Assembly: GCF_018350175.1 (NCBI RefSeq)
Contig: NC_058382.1
Location: 61,382,001-61,446,000 of the forward strand
Source: Felis catus
Taxonomy: Eukaryota
Direction: 5' to 3'
Length of the DNA: 64,000 bases
Of the stretch, positions 20,101 through 33,200 are shown one piece after another. The translations under genes and the position numbers were made by a program. Each line of letters begins with the position of its first letter. The stretch's first letter is position 1. The notes under the pieces are model-generated. The model was not told the DNA's origin, did no database searches, and was given only the letters and a program-made list of their open reading frames with translations.

Positions 20101-23100
20101 GGGCGCTCTGCCTGAACCTCCCTCCACTCCCCTCACCCCCCCCCCAACTTCTGTGTCCATGGGGCCTGGGGTCAGAGCACTTAGGAGCTCATAGAATCAT
20201 GCCCAGCTCCCCCGAGGAACTAAGACGACAGGCTGAGAAAAAGCAAAGGACAGCCTCTTTCTGAAGGGGTTTGCACCCCAAACTGTGGGAACCTGGAGGA
20301 ATTTTAGAGGCATATTTAAAGACAAGACCTGAGGCCCCGGGAGATGGGAGGCCCATCCAGGGTCCCTGCTAGAGCTTTGGGCCCTGTCGGGCCTGCCTCA
20401 CTGACCCCTGGAGAACCCTGAAAGCCTTCCTCCTTGGGAGTCCCCAGCCACCCTAGGCACCCAACCCTTAGAGAATCCACACACTATTCTCAAAAATGGA
20501 AAAGGCTGCAGAGATGAGCCCGTTGTCACCACCACCAGGCTGCACACACCCAATGGTCCTTGGTTCGGAATCACCAGAGCCCAGCCCTACGGGCCAGCCA
20601 GAGGCTCTGAGAGCAAGCCCTTCCTCAAACAGGAGGCTGGAACGAAGCAGCCCGGTGAGAAGACAACCGGGGACTGGGGAGACCTGGGCCAGGGACGGCA
20701 GCTGGCCCAGCTGCTCTCACAGCAGGGTGCATTCCTGTCTGCTCCGCGAGGATTTGCCCCAGAGAAGGGCAGACGCAGAGGGCTCTGCAGCTCTGGATGG
20801 CCTCCGCCATCCAGAGGAAGGCCTGTCCTTCCCGGGGCCTATGCTGGGCCTGTGGAGAGCTTTGTGCTGCGTGTGTCGGAGCAGCCCCCTCCCCCGCACG
20901 CCCGTCCTGCGGGCACGCCGGCCCTCACCGATGGCGTTGTGTATGTCCTTGACGGTACTCTTCAGCTGCTCCGACAACGGCTCCGTCTTCACCCCCGAGG
21001 CCTGGGGCTCAGGCGGCCTCCCACGCCCCCGACCCCACCCCTCAGAAGTGGCCAAGAAGTGTTCGAGGTCTTCGAAGGAGCTGTGTCTGCTCTGCACGCC
21101 CGGCGGGGTGTGTGCCAGGGGGGAGGCAGGCCCGGCGGGGCCGCCGTCCGCCCCTCCCTCGGGGGGGCCGGCGTGCGGCGGGGGCGTGGGGGGGCTGCCG
21201 TGGGTGCCGTCCGGGGGCCGAGGGGCGGGGCCCGGCTCCGCCGGGGAGAGCACGCAGTAGAGGCTCTGCGAGGGCCGGAGCCGCCGGCTCCCGGGAGCCC
21301 GCAGCCCGTCGGCGTCTGGGGACAAGGAGCAGCAGCCGGGGGCGGAAGCGGCGCCCGCGGCGCCCCTGCTCACGACGGGGTACAGCGCCCGGTACACCGC
21401 ACACTGGAGCTTCTTCAGGAGCTGCGAGATGGGGTGGTCGGGAACGCTGCGCAGAGGAAGAGGCGCGGGGCTGTGGCGCGGGGCCCGGCCCTCGCCGGAA
21501 GTCCACCCGCCTACAGCACGCCCCGCTGGGCGGGTTTTGGCGGAGCAACCCTTGAATGGTTTCCTCGGGAGCGAATGTGGCAGATAAAGTCTGACCCGAC
21601 CCCCCTGGCCGCTAAAAGACCAGCAGGGCGGCTGGATGGGCGGCGTCTGCAAGCCCAGCCCCGCAGAGGGGGCCTGAGCGTGGCGCGTCCGCGTGGGGCC
21701 ACCCCCGCCCGCCTCCTTCACCCCTTCCCTTTCTGATCTTTTTGGTCGCTGTCAGGGCCAACCAGGGGGCCGGGGGTGGGGGGTGGTGGGGTGGGGGGAG
21801 GCCCTGGTACCTGAGCAGGTGGGAGACCAGGCTGGTCACCAGCGACAGGTCCCCCGGGCTCTTCTTGAGCTGGGCTCTCCAGTGCTTCGGCCAGTCCTGC
21901 AGGGCAGGAGTCTCTGGAGGGCATGGCGGGGTCCCCACAACCTTCCCTGCCAAGGCCGCACCCCAGGCCAGCGCCACACTGTCCGTGTCCTCCCTGGGGC
22001 GTAGGGAAGGCCCACGCCAACAGGCCTCAGGACCCCCCCCCCCCCTCGGGATAGCAACCTGTGACAACCCCACCCCCGTGCCCAGCGGCGGGGACTCACG
22101 TGGTCTTGCTCGTACTCGAGGATGGCCGCATAGAGGGCCCGCTGCTCCCGCTCCTCCGGGGTCAGGGCCACCTGACTGCAGAACCTCCTGGGGAGGAAGA
22201 CAGGGGCTGGGGGCCTCCGAGCTGGGTGGGCAGGGGAGGGAGCCCCCAGCAGCCCACTCAGCGGCCCCGAGACCTGTGGGAGGAGACGCACCTGTCGGCC
22301 GCCTCCTGGAGCCGCAGCCGGCGCTCCTCCCTCTTCCTCCGCAGCTGTGCCAGCAGGGTCAAGGCTGTGTCTGTCCTGAGGACCCCCATCGGGAGGTGAG
22401 GCCAGGTGGGGCGGGGCGGGGCAGCGGGGCCTGAGGGCGGGTGCTCACTCAGGGAAGGGAGCAAGCCCTAGCTGACCTGAAGGATGGGGAGGAGCCCGTG
22501 GGTGCTGAGAGGAACAGAACGCCCGACCGTGTGAAGGCCAGGAAGGCAGGAGCCGCCCCTCCAGGGCAGTCTCTCTGAGGCTGGAAGAGTTCTGTCCCAC
22601 ACTCCGACCCTGGCACCTTCACTTCCCCCCTCCCCGCCTCCTTCAGCCAGGACACCAGGGAAGGACAGAAAGGATACGGTCTCCTCCCGGGCTTTGGCGA
22701 TCACAAGGTTCTCCATCACCTGCCGCTGCAGGGACAGGGTCTAGGAAGGGAAGGAGAAAATAAAGCCTGTTCCTCTTCCACTGGCAACCCAGACCCTCCC
22801 TGGGACCCGCTCACCAGGGAGGTCTTCTGCAGGGCCTGGCTGGGGTCCAGACGGGCCATCCGGGCCTCGTAGGCGGCCTTCAGCTTCTGGTTCTGCAGAG
22901 AGGCTTCCTGCAGGGGCGTCAGCTCCCTGCAGACAGAGACGAGCTGCTGTGCTGTCCAGGCCCCAGGAAGCCCTGGAGTGCCCCCCTGACTGTGCTCTGA
23001 GACCAGAAGGAGGCGGTGATGGGGGCAGGCAGGAAATGGGAAGGAGGGAGGAGGTGCAGGGTGGGCTGGAGACCTCTGTCCTGCTGAAACCTGGGCCTGC

Positions 23101-26100
23101 AGTCGCCAGGCCTCCTGCGTTTTCAAGAAGAGCGGCACACTGCGCTTTCCGCATCCACACGTTGGGCAACAACACGGAACTTTTTAGGGGCATCATGTGA
23201 GCCAAACAGCTAGATAACTTTGCCACCCGTGGGAGAGAGAACCAAAGCCTGCTTATTAGAAATAGCTGCCGAGGGCCAACCTCCATGCCCCCACCCAAAC
23301 TGCTGGCGTCACATGTCTTCACGCTTCTGTGGTAGGAGAGGGTAAGCTGTGAGGACGCCAACTGGCAAGGGAAAATGTGTCCCGGGGTGGGAGTCCCGTG
23401 GGGAGTCCCGCCCCGCGATGGCACAGGCAGAAATGAGGTAGCAGTGGCCCCCAAGGCCTGGCAGCAGCAGCGCCAGGAGGAGCCAGCCTTGTTTATCCTC
23501 CTGGGGGTTCTTCTGTCTGTGTCTAAGTGAGTTTTATCAGTTCTAGAAGCTTATATACTGTTATCTCTTCAAATAATGCCTCTCTTCCTCTTTCTTTCTT
23601 CTCTTTTTCTGGAACTCCAATAATCTCGTGTCAGATCTCCTAGCTCTGTCTCAGATTTCGTCTTCTTTCCTCCCCCTATGACAGTCATTCTGGATTATCT
23701 TTTGATCTTTCAACCAATTCGCTCATTCTTTCTTCAACTACATCTACTCTGTTGGTACAATATTGACCACGTGTGTCTGTGTGCATGTGTGTGTTTTCAC
23801 CGGAGAATATAAATTGTTACTATTTCCAATTCGTTTTTAAAAACAATTTTGGTATTATATTTTCTGTTTCCTTTCAACGTGGTTCTTTATTTGCTGGGTT
23901 ATACTCTCTGGCCTTTTGTTGCCTGCAGCTATTTTCAAATTTGCTTTTCACTTTTGTAACTGAGGACAACATGACTGTGTTGTGATGTGTGTCTGGTAAC
24001 TTCCCCTGAACACTTGGCAAGTCTGTGTCTGCTATTACTCTGTAAATTTCTGGTTTCTTTTTGTGCTTGGTTATCTCTCACTGTGCATCATTTGTGCATG
24101 CTGAAGATGCTTTTGTCCAAAGGGGATCTGCATCTGTTTTTGCCAAACGCAAGGGTATTTCCATTCCGGGACCCACTTTAACTGAATTCATTGTGGTTAG
24201 CTCACTTTGCCTGGACTTCAAACCCAGGCTCGGCCCGCCTTTCGTTTTGCCCCAGCTTACTTCTTAGAACTTTGTGACTCTACCACTTGAAGCTTCTGGA
24301 AGATCTCGGGCGGCAGAAAGGGAGAGAGTTTCCCCCCTTCATCTGAGTACACCCGGCGATGTCGGCTGGTCGGTGAGGGGACAGGAGCAGCCGTGGGCAT
24401 GGCTGGCTTCAGGTATGTTTTCCCTGCAACACATACATGAGCAAGGGTCAGCATGGAATCCGACGTTCCAGAGACGCAGACTTTGGGGGAGATGCCCCAG
24501 GAAAACTTGCCAGAGACCCACCGAGCTTGGCAGCTGTTGACTGGGCCCTCTCCAGACACTGCTCGGCCAGCTTCAGCATCTTTGAGGTGTCCGGGGCCAC
24601 AGTTTCACCCCCTTCTGGGGATAAAGAGAAAAGAGAGCTGGTCACCGTCACCTTTATTATTAAACCGATTCTTGCCGAGACAAAAACAAGGACAAATTCA
24701 CCCCCTCCTCATCTCTCCCTCCCGGGTCGCCACCCCCTCCTCATCTCTGACCTCTAGGCGATCCCATCTCCTCATTTCTGATCACCTGCTCTGGGTTTAC
24801 CTCCTGATGCTATGTGGGCGCTGAGCTTGGCCAGCCCAGCAGCTGACTGTCCTGTCATCTCAGCTGGACCATCAGAGCCCTCTCTCTACCTAACCTGGCC
24901 TTTGCTCACCAGGGCCTTTACTTGTACTTACGGCCCCTCCTCAGGGTGGGCCTTGCAGTGGATGAGGACCATTTCAGGGACAACTTTATTGCCTATCTCC
25001 TGCCCTCTGGCTGTGCTTGACCTCACCCCTGGCACATCCCTGGGGCTTCTGTCCTGCATTCCCTCTTCTGGGGACCACTCATGTCGGCAGGTGCATGCTG
25101 TAGGAGCTGCCACTCAAAACTCTTCCCTGGACCCCACCAGCCTTAGTTTCTGAGCCACTTACTGCCCCCTTTAGAGCCAGCCCCTCAGCACACTCCATTT
25201 TAGACACCTGACTCCCACTGAGACCACCCTCTCTCATGCCCTCCCGTCAAGCCCTTCTCTGAGGCCTCCCCAACCTCTCCAGGTGTCTCTCTTCCAGAAC
25301 ATCCCCCTGGGCGTACTACTGTGTCTTCCCCCCCAGTCCCCAACCTTGGGAGTGCCCAGAGCTCTGCTAAGCTCACTGGCTCTCTGGGGCAGCTCTGATT
25401 CTGGTGACTCCGACCTCTCCGTAACCACTGTGCTCCTGTATCGTCAGGGTGCTCAGTGCCTCAAACAGAAGGTGCTCACGATGGAGCTCTCTATTCTGCC
25501 CATACAAGTCTGCTCCCGCCCATCCCCACAGCACCTCCTGTACCTCACTGTTGCCCTCCAGCGGCTCACTGTTCCCTCCAGGGGCTCACTGTCTCCACCC
25601 CCTGCCCCACCAACCAGCGGCTCACCCAGCAAATCTGTGAGGTCCACCTTGAAAGCACGACCCCAGGCCCTTCACTCCTTCCATCCCCAAGTGGTCCCAC
25701 CACTGCTGTCCTCACTGTGGGAGCCTCCTGGAGGCTCTGCCTCCATGCCGGCCTCTCCCACAAAGCCTCTACGAGCTTCCTTACACCGGAACAACACAGC
25801 TCCACGCAAGGCCATGCCTGCCCCCACTGAACCTCCTCTTCCCTGTACTCAGCCCCCACTCTCATCTCAGAGTCTTTACACATCCCTCTGCTGGGGGTGT
25901 TGCCCCCGGGCCCTGACCTTTACGCAGCTCACTCCTTCCTGGGCTGGGGCTCAGTGTCCAATCTCCGGTTTTGCCCCATCCCATTTACATCCTCTTACAA
26001 CACCCATCCCCGCCTGCTCCCACAACACACTATGACAGCTCGTGCTTGCTGAGGGCTCACCAGTTCACTTTCTGCTAACGACCAATGGGTAGGACACAGG

Positions 26101-27655
26101 ACAACCCCAGGTTTAAGACCCACCAAGAGCTAAGCAGTCCAAAATTTGTTCAGCGTGGGAGAAGCAGTGAGGCTGAGATCTGTACCTTTGGTTGTCTCCA
26201 CTTCTTCCAACAGCACCTGGGAGATATAGTGGATGCTCCTCAGGTATTCCGTATATGCCTCCTGTGCCCAGGGAAGAGAAATGGCAGGGGTCAGGCCAGT
26301 GGTGGCCAACAATTCCGTCATGCCTGTTTATGCCCTTGTGGGAAACATAGAAACAGTGGTGCTTGCTGATCTCCTGAGATTCACCTGAGGCACCTAACCC
26401 GAGGTAGTTAGCTGGTAATTCCTCCGGGTCTAATCAGTAACGTTCTGCACGGTATCTGTACCGATAGTATCCCTCTTCTCCAGACTCGAAGGGAAAACAT
26501 GCCCAGCTGGGCACCCATCCCTCCTCTCACTGCCTTTCTCTCCAGCACAGGAAGAAAAGAGATTCTCTTTCAGTGGGCCAGGCGAAGTAGTTGACAGCAG
26601 TTGCTGTCATTTGTCACTCTGTGCAATGAGTTTCCTTCCTGTGCAACTCAGGGCCTATTTATTCAGTGGCTTAAAAGAATAAAAAATCCTCAGAGGTAAA
26701 CGAGGGAGTGCTGTTGTTGATCTTGAAATCACTTTCTGGCTTAGGTTCTGGGAAATCCCCTTCCCGAATCCCTGAATAAGTACTCCGCGGGCACACAGCA
26801 ATCTGCAACACTAGAATACTGCCAGTTTCAAGGGTGTGACCAGGTTCAGGGCACGGGCATTTGGAAGCACCACATGATGTTTTGTTGCATCCCAGTTCTC
26901 AAATTAACTATCTTTAAATCTACACCTCAGGATAAAATGGATTCCAGATAGGATTTTTGACTTGTGGGGGCACCTGCTGTCCTAGAAAACTGACTTGGGG
27001 AAAGCAGCAGATTGAGGGACCCGGATGCTTTTCCTGGACATAGGCAGCTTCCTCCCCTCCTTGGACAGTCCAGTGTGGCTCAGCCTGCTTTTCCACTTGG
27101 CTGCCACCTTTCGGAATAACACACCCACCCATTCTCAGTAACAAGCCATACTACCCTGCGCAGACGCATCACGAATGAGCCCTTTCAGGGTTCCGTCCCT
27201 TTGGGGAATCTGATTAAATCTACAGTGTCTTCTCAGAAAAATACACATTACACATGGGATTTCTTGCCAGATATATTTTGGAGGGCTGCTTCAACCCTCT
27301 TGAATCCCCTTTACAGATAAAACCTTGGCTCTAATTCCTACTCTGCGACGACGGGAAAACACGGCGGGAGAGGACTGGGAGCTGTCCAAGGTCACAGGCA
27401 GACACCCGAGCCCAGCGCCCCGGGAAACGCCGGAGGGGTCCTGGACGGCACCCACCCCCGGGCCCCGCCCTCGCTCACGCCCACCGGGCAGGCTGCAGGT
27501 AGGGGTGCCTGGAACCGCCGCGGCGACCGCCCCCGCCTCGTTTTGGGTCGCCTCACCCGGGGCCGGTTGCCGGTATCCAGCTCGATGGCCCCGTTGGCCA
27601 GCTTCATGGCACACTGCAGCGGCTTCACCGCGCCGTCCCCGGCCGCAGCGGCCAT
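17145..27655 (-). CDS. VPS9D1: VPS9 domain-containing protein 1 (N-terminal MIT-like region, C-terminal VPS9 Rab-GEF domain), 661 aa
   Basis: 15 exons: 27655-27557, 26261-26186, 24614-24522, 24423-24261, 22926-22815, 22740-22678, 22344-22292, 22187-22100, 21896-21811, 21446-20929, 19908-19779, 19553-19345, 19060-18964, 17577-17473, 17238-17145 (1986 nt, in frame). Starts [20 protein letters not shown]; has VPS9 motifs [14 protein letters not shown] and [14 protein letters not shown]. Confidence 0.97.
20860..21720. promoter_or_regulatory. Intragenic CpG island over VPS9D1 exon 10/intron 9
   Basis: High CpG density extending into intron 9; ETS core CCGGAAGT at 21495-21502. Confidence 0.6.
22345..22677 (-). 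other. U12-type (minor spliceosome) GT-AG intron, VPS9D1 intron 6
   Basis: 5' site GTATCCTTT; branch point CCTTGAC (22364-22358) 13 nt from the intron end; no polypyrimidine tract. Confidence 0.9.
23520..24130. mobile_element. Degenerate T-rich ancient LINE-like segment in VPS9D1 intron 4
   Basis: Abrupt AT/T-rich block (ctggaactccaataat..., ttcgctcattctttcttcaactacatctactctgtt) typical of antisense old L1M; family not determinable by eye. Confidence 0.45.
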
Positions 27656-28800
27656 GGCGCCGGGCAGGGGAGGCTGTGGCTACGGTGGCGGCGGCGGCGG
27701 CGGCTGAGGGCGGGACAGACGGCCCACAGGCCGGAACGCAGCCTGCGCGGGAGCCGGCACGGCCCGAGCCCTGGACCGCAGGAAGGGGCGTGGCCGGCGC
27801 GGCAGCACTTCCGGCGGCCCCAGCCCCAGCACGCCTGCCCCAGAGCTCCCGTTGCTGAAGGGGCGGCGGCGGTCTTAAGTAGCCTCGCGAAGTAGATGCG
27901 AGCGCGTAAGTGCAACAGTCGGCACCCACATCCCACGTTTGTGACATGCCAAACGTCTGGGCCTTGCCGCGTCGCCCCTCGCTGCCTTCACTGCGCCCCT
28001 GCCCCCCTCTCCCCCTCTCCTCGCCCTTCCCTTCGCGCCCCGCCCACCCCTTCTTGCTCCGCCCCGTTTCCAGGGAGCCGAACGGGGCCCAACGGCGCCG
28101 AACGGCGGAGGCGAGCGGAAACGAGCGAGCGCAGTCCAGCTGAGCTGACGCGAGGCTCTGGGCCGAGCGGGACGTACCCCGGCCTAGCGGCACAACCAAC
28201 AGAGCGGGGCCGAGCTGAGCCGAGTGGAGCCGAGCTGGGTCGAATAGGGTCGAGTGGAGCCGAGCGGGGCCGAGCCGAGCCGAGCCGAGCCGAGCCGTGC
28301 CCAGCGGGACTTAGCGGGGCGGAGCGCCGGGCCCGGGCTGTAGCCGCGGCCGCCGCCATGAAGCGGGACCGGCTCGGTCGCTTCCTGTCTCCCGGGACGG
28401 CGGGGCAGCGCGGGGGCTCCGGCGGCGGCGGCGGCGGCGCCTGTGGCAGCGGCCGGACCCGTGGCCGCCCGGCCCGCAGCGGGCCGAGCGTGGACGAGGC
28501 TGCGGCCCTGGTGGCGGCTCGGCTGGGCTGGGGCCTGGCGCGGGCCCGCGGGGACACGGGCGAGGACGGCGCCGACGAGGCAGGTGGGTCCGGCCGGGCG
28601 CACGGGGGCGGGTCGCGGGTGGGCGGGCGGAGCCGGGGGTCCCCGGGCCGCGGCGTCTCCCCGGGGACCACGTCCCCCCGGGCGTCTTCTCCCCCTCGGC
28701 GTCCCTGGACCCCTCTGCCGACGAGGCCTCCCTCCAGGGAAGGGGTGAGAGCGGCCTTTGCCCGGCGTCCGGGGTGACGTTTCGCAAGGCCGCTGACCCT
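27400..28800. promoter_or_regulatory. Bidirectional CpG-island promoter shared by VPS9D1 (-) and ZNF276 (+)
   Basis: Start codons head-to-head ~700 nt apart (27655 and 28358); very high CpG; ETS/GABPA motif CACTTCCGG at 27806-27814. Confidence 0.88.
28202..28298. repeat. Degenerate (CCGAG)n pentamer/decamer repeat just upstream of the ZNF276 ATG
   Basis: gagctgagccgagtggagccgagctgggtcgaatagggtcgagtggagccgagcggggccgagccgagccgagccgagccgagccg. Confidence 0.85.
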
Positions 28801-30217
28801 TCCGTGCCCAGTCTCGGCTTATTAAGTAATTATTGCTTAAGTTTTGCAGTCCGAGCGGCCAGAGTCAATCCTGGTTTTGCCGTGTGCTCTGTAGCCTTGA
28901 GGTAGATGCTTAACGTCTCTGAGCCTGTTTCGTCTTCCTTAAAACAGAACTGAGTGGATAAAGTGCGAGAGGCCCTCGCCTGGCAGGTGGTGTCTGCGAG
29001 AACGTGCACATTGCTTTCGTGTGATGGATTGTGTGCTCTCTCGTTGAATCCCCCTGGGGGTGGGGGTGGGGGTGGGGGTGGGGGTGGCTTCGTCTACACT
29101 CGCTGACAGGCTCAGGGGGTAGATCCTGGAGGAGGCTTCTTCGGGGCTGGTCTCAGGAGCAGGGTTTGAGGAGGAAGAAAGTTTCTAGCTTCTTTTTTGA
29201 AGCTCTGTAGCTGTGAAGGCATTTAGTAAAAAAGTTTGTGTATATATTTTTAAGTTTATTTATTTTGTGAGAGAGAGCGAGAGCGCACAAGCAGGGGAGG
29301 AGCAGAGAGGAGGAGAGACAGAATCCCACGCAGACTTCACATCATCAGCACAGAGCCTGTTTCGGGGCTGGAACTCAGGAACCCTGAGATTATGACCTGA
29401 GCAGAGCTCAAGAGTCCGACGTTTAACCGACGCAGCCGCCCAGGTGCCCTGTGTCTTTTCTTGGTTTTAATTAATTTATTTTTTGAGAGAGAGAGAGACA
29501 GAGCACCGGTTGGGGAGGGGCAGAGAGGAGGAGACACAATTCGAAGCAGGTTCCAGGCTCCGAACTGTCAGCACAGAGCCCCATGTGGGGCTCGAACCCA
29601 CGAACTGCGAGATCATGACCTGAGCGCCCCAGGCGCCCAACAGCGCAGTATTATTAGCTGTAGTCAGCCTGCTGTACGATATGCATCGCCAAGATTGACT
29701 TATTTTAGAACTGGAAATTTGTACCTTTTTTTTTTTTTTTTTTTAATGTTTATCTTAGGGAGAGAGAGAGACAGATTGAGCGAGCAGGGTAGGGGCAGAG
29801 AGAGGGGGAGACCCAGAATCCGAAGCAGGCTCCAGGCTCCGAGCTGTCGGCACAGAGCCCGATGCGGAGCTCGAACCCACGAACCGCAAGATCGTGACCC
29901 GAGCCGAAGTCGGATGCTTACCCGACTGAGCCGCTTGGGCGCCCTGGAAATTTGTACCTTTTGACCATTTTTCTCCATCGTCTGCATCCTGTCCCGCACC
30001 CTCCCCACCACCCACCTCAGGCTATCACCAGTCTGCTCTCTGTGAGTTTGGGTTTTTTTGTTTTTTTTTAGGATTACACCTATAAGTGAAATTGTATGGT
30101 ATTTATCTTTTCCTGTGTGACTTCTTTCACTTAACGTGGTACCTTCAGGGTCCATCCGTGTTGTCCCAAATGTCAGGATTTTCTTCTTTCTTATGGCTGA
30201 GTAACATTCCATTGTGG

Positions 30218-30256
<39 letters not shown>

Positions 30257-33200
30257 CACACTTTTTTAAATCTGTTTTTTTAAATCTGTTTCTCAGTCAG
30301 TGGACACTTAGATTGTTCCCGCACCTTGGCTGTTGTAAATAATGCTGCTGTGAAAACGGGAGCGCACCTACCTTTTTGAGCTCGTGTTTTCATTTCCTTT
30401 GGATAAATACCCAGAGGTGGAATTGTTGGTCCAAATGGCGGTTTTATTAATTTTTTTGAGGAACTTCCATACCGTTTTCCATAGAGGCTGCACCAGTTTA
30501 TGTTCCCACCGGCAGTGCCCGAGGGTTGCCTTTTCTCCACATCCCCACGACACTCGTCGTTTCTTGTCTTTTTGGTAACAGCCATCCTGAGAGGCGTGAA
30601 GTGACAGCTCATTGTGGTTTTGGTTTGCATCTGCCTGACGAGCAGTGGTGCTGAGCGCTCGGCCGCACACCTGGGCTCGTTCGCCTGCTGGTTGGCCGGC
30701 TGTATGTGTGTCTTCTCTGGAAGAATGACTGTACGTCTGCTGCCTGGTTTTTAATTGGATCGTGTTTTTGCTTTGGAGCTGTGTCAGTTCTTTTTGTTTT
30801 AGATATTAGTTCCTTAGATGCGACAGGCAGATGTTTTCTCAGGTTTCAGTATTTCTCAGGTTTCCCTATTTTCAGTAGGTTGTTTTTTCATCTTGTTGAT
30901 GGTTTTCTTTGCAGTGCAGAAGCTTTCTAGTTTGATGTAGTCCCACTTGTTTATTTTTTTTTTGCTTTCATTGACTTTGTTTTCGGTGTCAAATCCAAAA
31001 AATGATCCCCAAGACCGATGAGGAGTTTACTACCTGTGTTTTCTTCTGGGAGCTTTACGGTTTTCAGTCTCACATTTAGGTCTTTAATCCATTTTGAGTT
31101 TATTTTTGTTTGTGGTTTAAGTAATGGGGATCAAGTTTCATTCTTTTGCATGCGCGTGTCTAGTTTTCCCAACACCCATTTTTTAGAGAGAATGTCATTT
31201 CCCCATTATATATTCTTGATTCCTTTGTTGTAAATTAATTGACCACACATAAGTATGAGTTTATTTCTGGGCTGTCTTTTCTGTTCCGTCAATCTATGGG
31301 TTTTTTTTTTTGTTTTTTTTTTAATGCTCGTTCTCTACTGTTTTGATTACTGTGGTTTTGTAATATAGTTTGAAATCAAGAAGTATGATGCTTCCAGCTT
31401 TGTTCTTTTTTCTCAAGATTACTTTGGTGATTTGGCATCTTTTGTGGTTTCATATAAATTTTAAGATTGTTGTATTTCTGGGAAACCGTCACTGGAATTT
31501 TGATCAAGATTGCATTGAATGTGTAGATGGCTTTGGGTAGTGTGAACATTTTAGCAGTATTAATTCTCCTCATCCATGAGCACGGAATACTCATTTATTC
31601 ACGTCTTCACTGTTTTTCATCAGTGTCTTACACTTTTCAGCATAAGGTTTTTCACCTCCTTGGTTAAATTCATTCCTAGGTATTTTATTCCTTTTGATGC
31701 AGTTGTAAATGAGACTTTTCTTGATTTGTTTTTCTGATAGTTCATTATTGATTTTGTATCCTGCAACTTCATTGAGTTTGCTTATTCTTAGAATCTCTTG
31801 GTGACGTCTTTAGGGTTTTCCGTATATAGTACTGTATTATCTACAAACAGAGACAGTTTTTTTTTTTTTCCTTTTTTACTTACTTGGATATTTCTTATTT
31901 TTCTTGGTTCATTGCTCTGGCTAGGACTTCTGACACTATGTTGAATAAAAATGGTGAGAGTGAGCACCCTTATCTTGTTCCTCATCTGAGAGTAGAGCTC
32001 TCACCTGTGAGTATGATGTTACCCGTGGACTTATTATCTGTGGCTTTTATTACATTGAGGTACATTCTCTCTATACCCAGTTTGTTCAGAATTTTAATCA
32101 TGAATGGGCATTGCATCTTGTCAGACACTTTTTCTGCATCTATTGAGATGCTCATGATTTTAATCCTTCATTTTGTTACTGTGTCACGTTGGTTGATACG
32201 TGGATGTCGGACCATCCTTGCGCCCCTGGAATAAGTCCCACTGGATCATGTCATGTGAGTCTTTTAAAGTATTGTTGCGTTTGGTTGGCTAATGTTTTGC
32301 TCAGGATTTTTGCAGCCGTATTCATCAGGGATCTTGGCTTGTAATTTTCTTGTGGTGTCTTTGTCTGGTTTTGTTATTAGTGTAATTGTGGCCTTGTTCT
32401 AGATGCACTTAGAATTATCTGGAAGGTGTTCTGGACCAGAAGACCCTCCATTGACCGTATCTCCCAAAAGGCTGTATGTTCAGCTGGGAGCCCAGAGCCC
32501 AGAGCCCTGCCTTTGGCTCAGACGTGGGCTTGTGTTTCTGGGATGCGTCTGGGGAAGTGCCGTGGAGGGTTCTTCCCCCTCAAGGACTGGGAGGATGGCA
32601 GATCCTGGGCCTCACCTCCCCAGGCCACGTTGCTGTCTTCCGAGGAGCACGTGTCTTCCAGTGCTCTGTGCAGCCAGCAGCCCTGCCTGACTCAGTGTCT
32701 TCTGTGCTTGCCCAGGAACAGGCCGGGCTCTTGCCATGGGGCACTGTCGCCTCTGCCACGGGAAGTTCTCCTCACGGAGTCTCCGCAGCATTTCTGGCAG
32801 GGCACCTGGGGAGAGCGCAGACAGACCACCCCCGGGGGAGCCTGTTTTCATCAGGGACTTCCAGCACCTGCTGGGGGTGGCTGTCCACCAGGACCCAGCT
32901 CTGTCTCAGTTTGTCTGCAAGAACTGCCACGCCCAGTTCTACCAGTGCCACGGCCTCCTCAAGTCCTTCCTGCAGAGAGTCAACGTCTCCCCGGCGGGCC
33001 ACCGGAAGACTTGCACAAAGTAGGCATCCCCTCGTCCTTTCATTTGGTGGGCATTCAGGGGCCAGGCACCCTGTGTGCTGGGGCTGGTCTGGGCACGGTG
33101 AGTGCCGGGGAACCTCTGCAGCGGGGAGCCGGTCCTGCTTCGGGCAGCAGACACGGGTGACCACCAGCGTGGCTGGTGTGAGGGAGACGGACAGACGTGC

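Noticed and set aside
25283..26035. 250 aa plus-strand ORF in VPS9D1 intron 2
   Set aside because: Non-ATG start, C-rich low-complexity product, no recognisable domain; probably old repeat-derived sequence.
29640..32400. Active LINE-1 or domesticated reverse transcriptase
   Set aside because: 5' truncated, many stops and frameshifts, catalytic FADD motif degenerate (FVDN).
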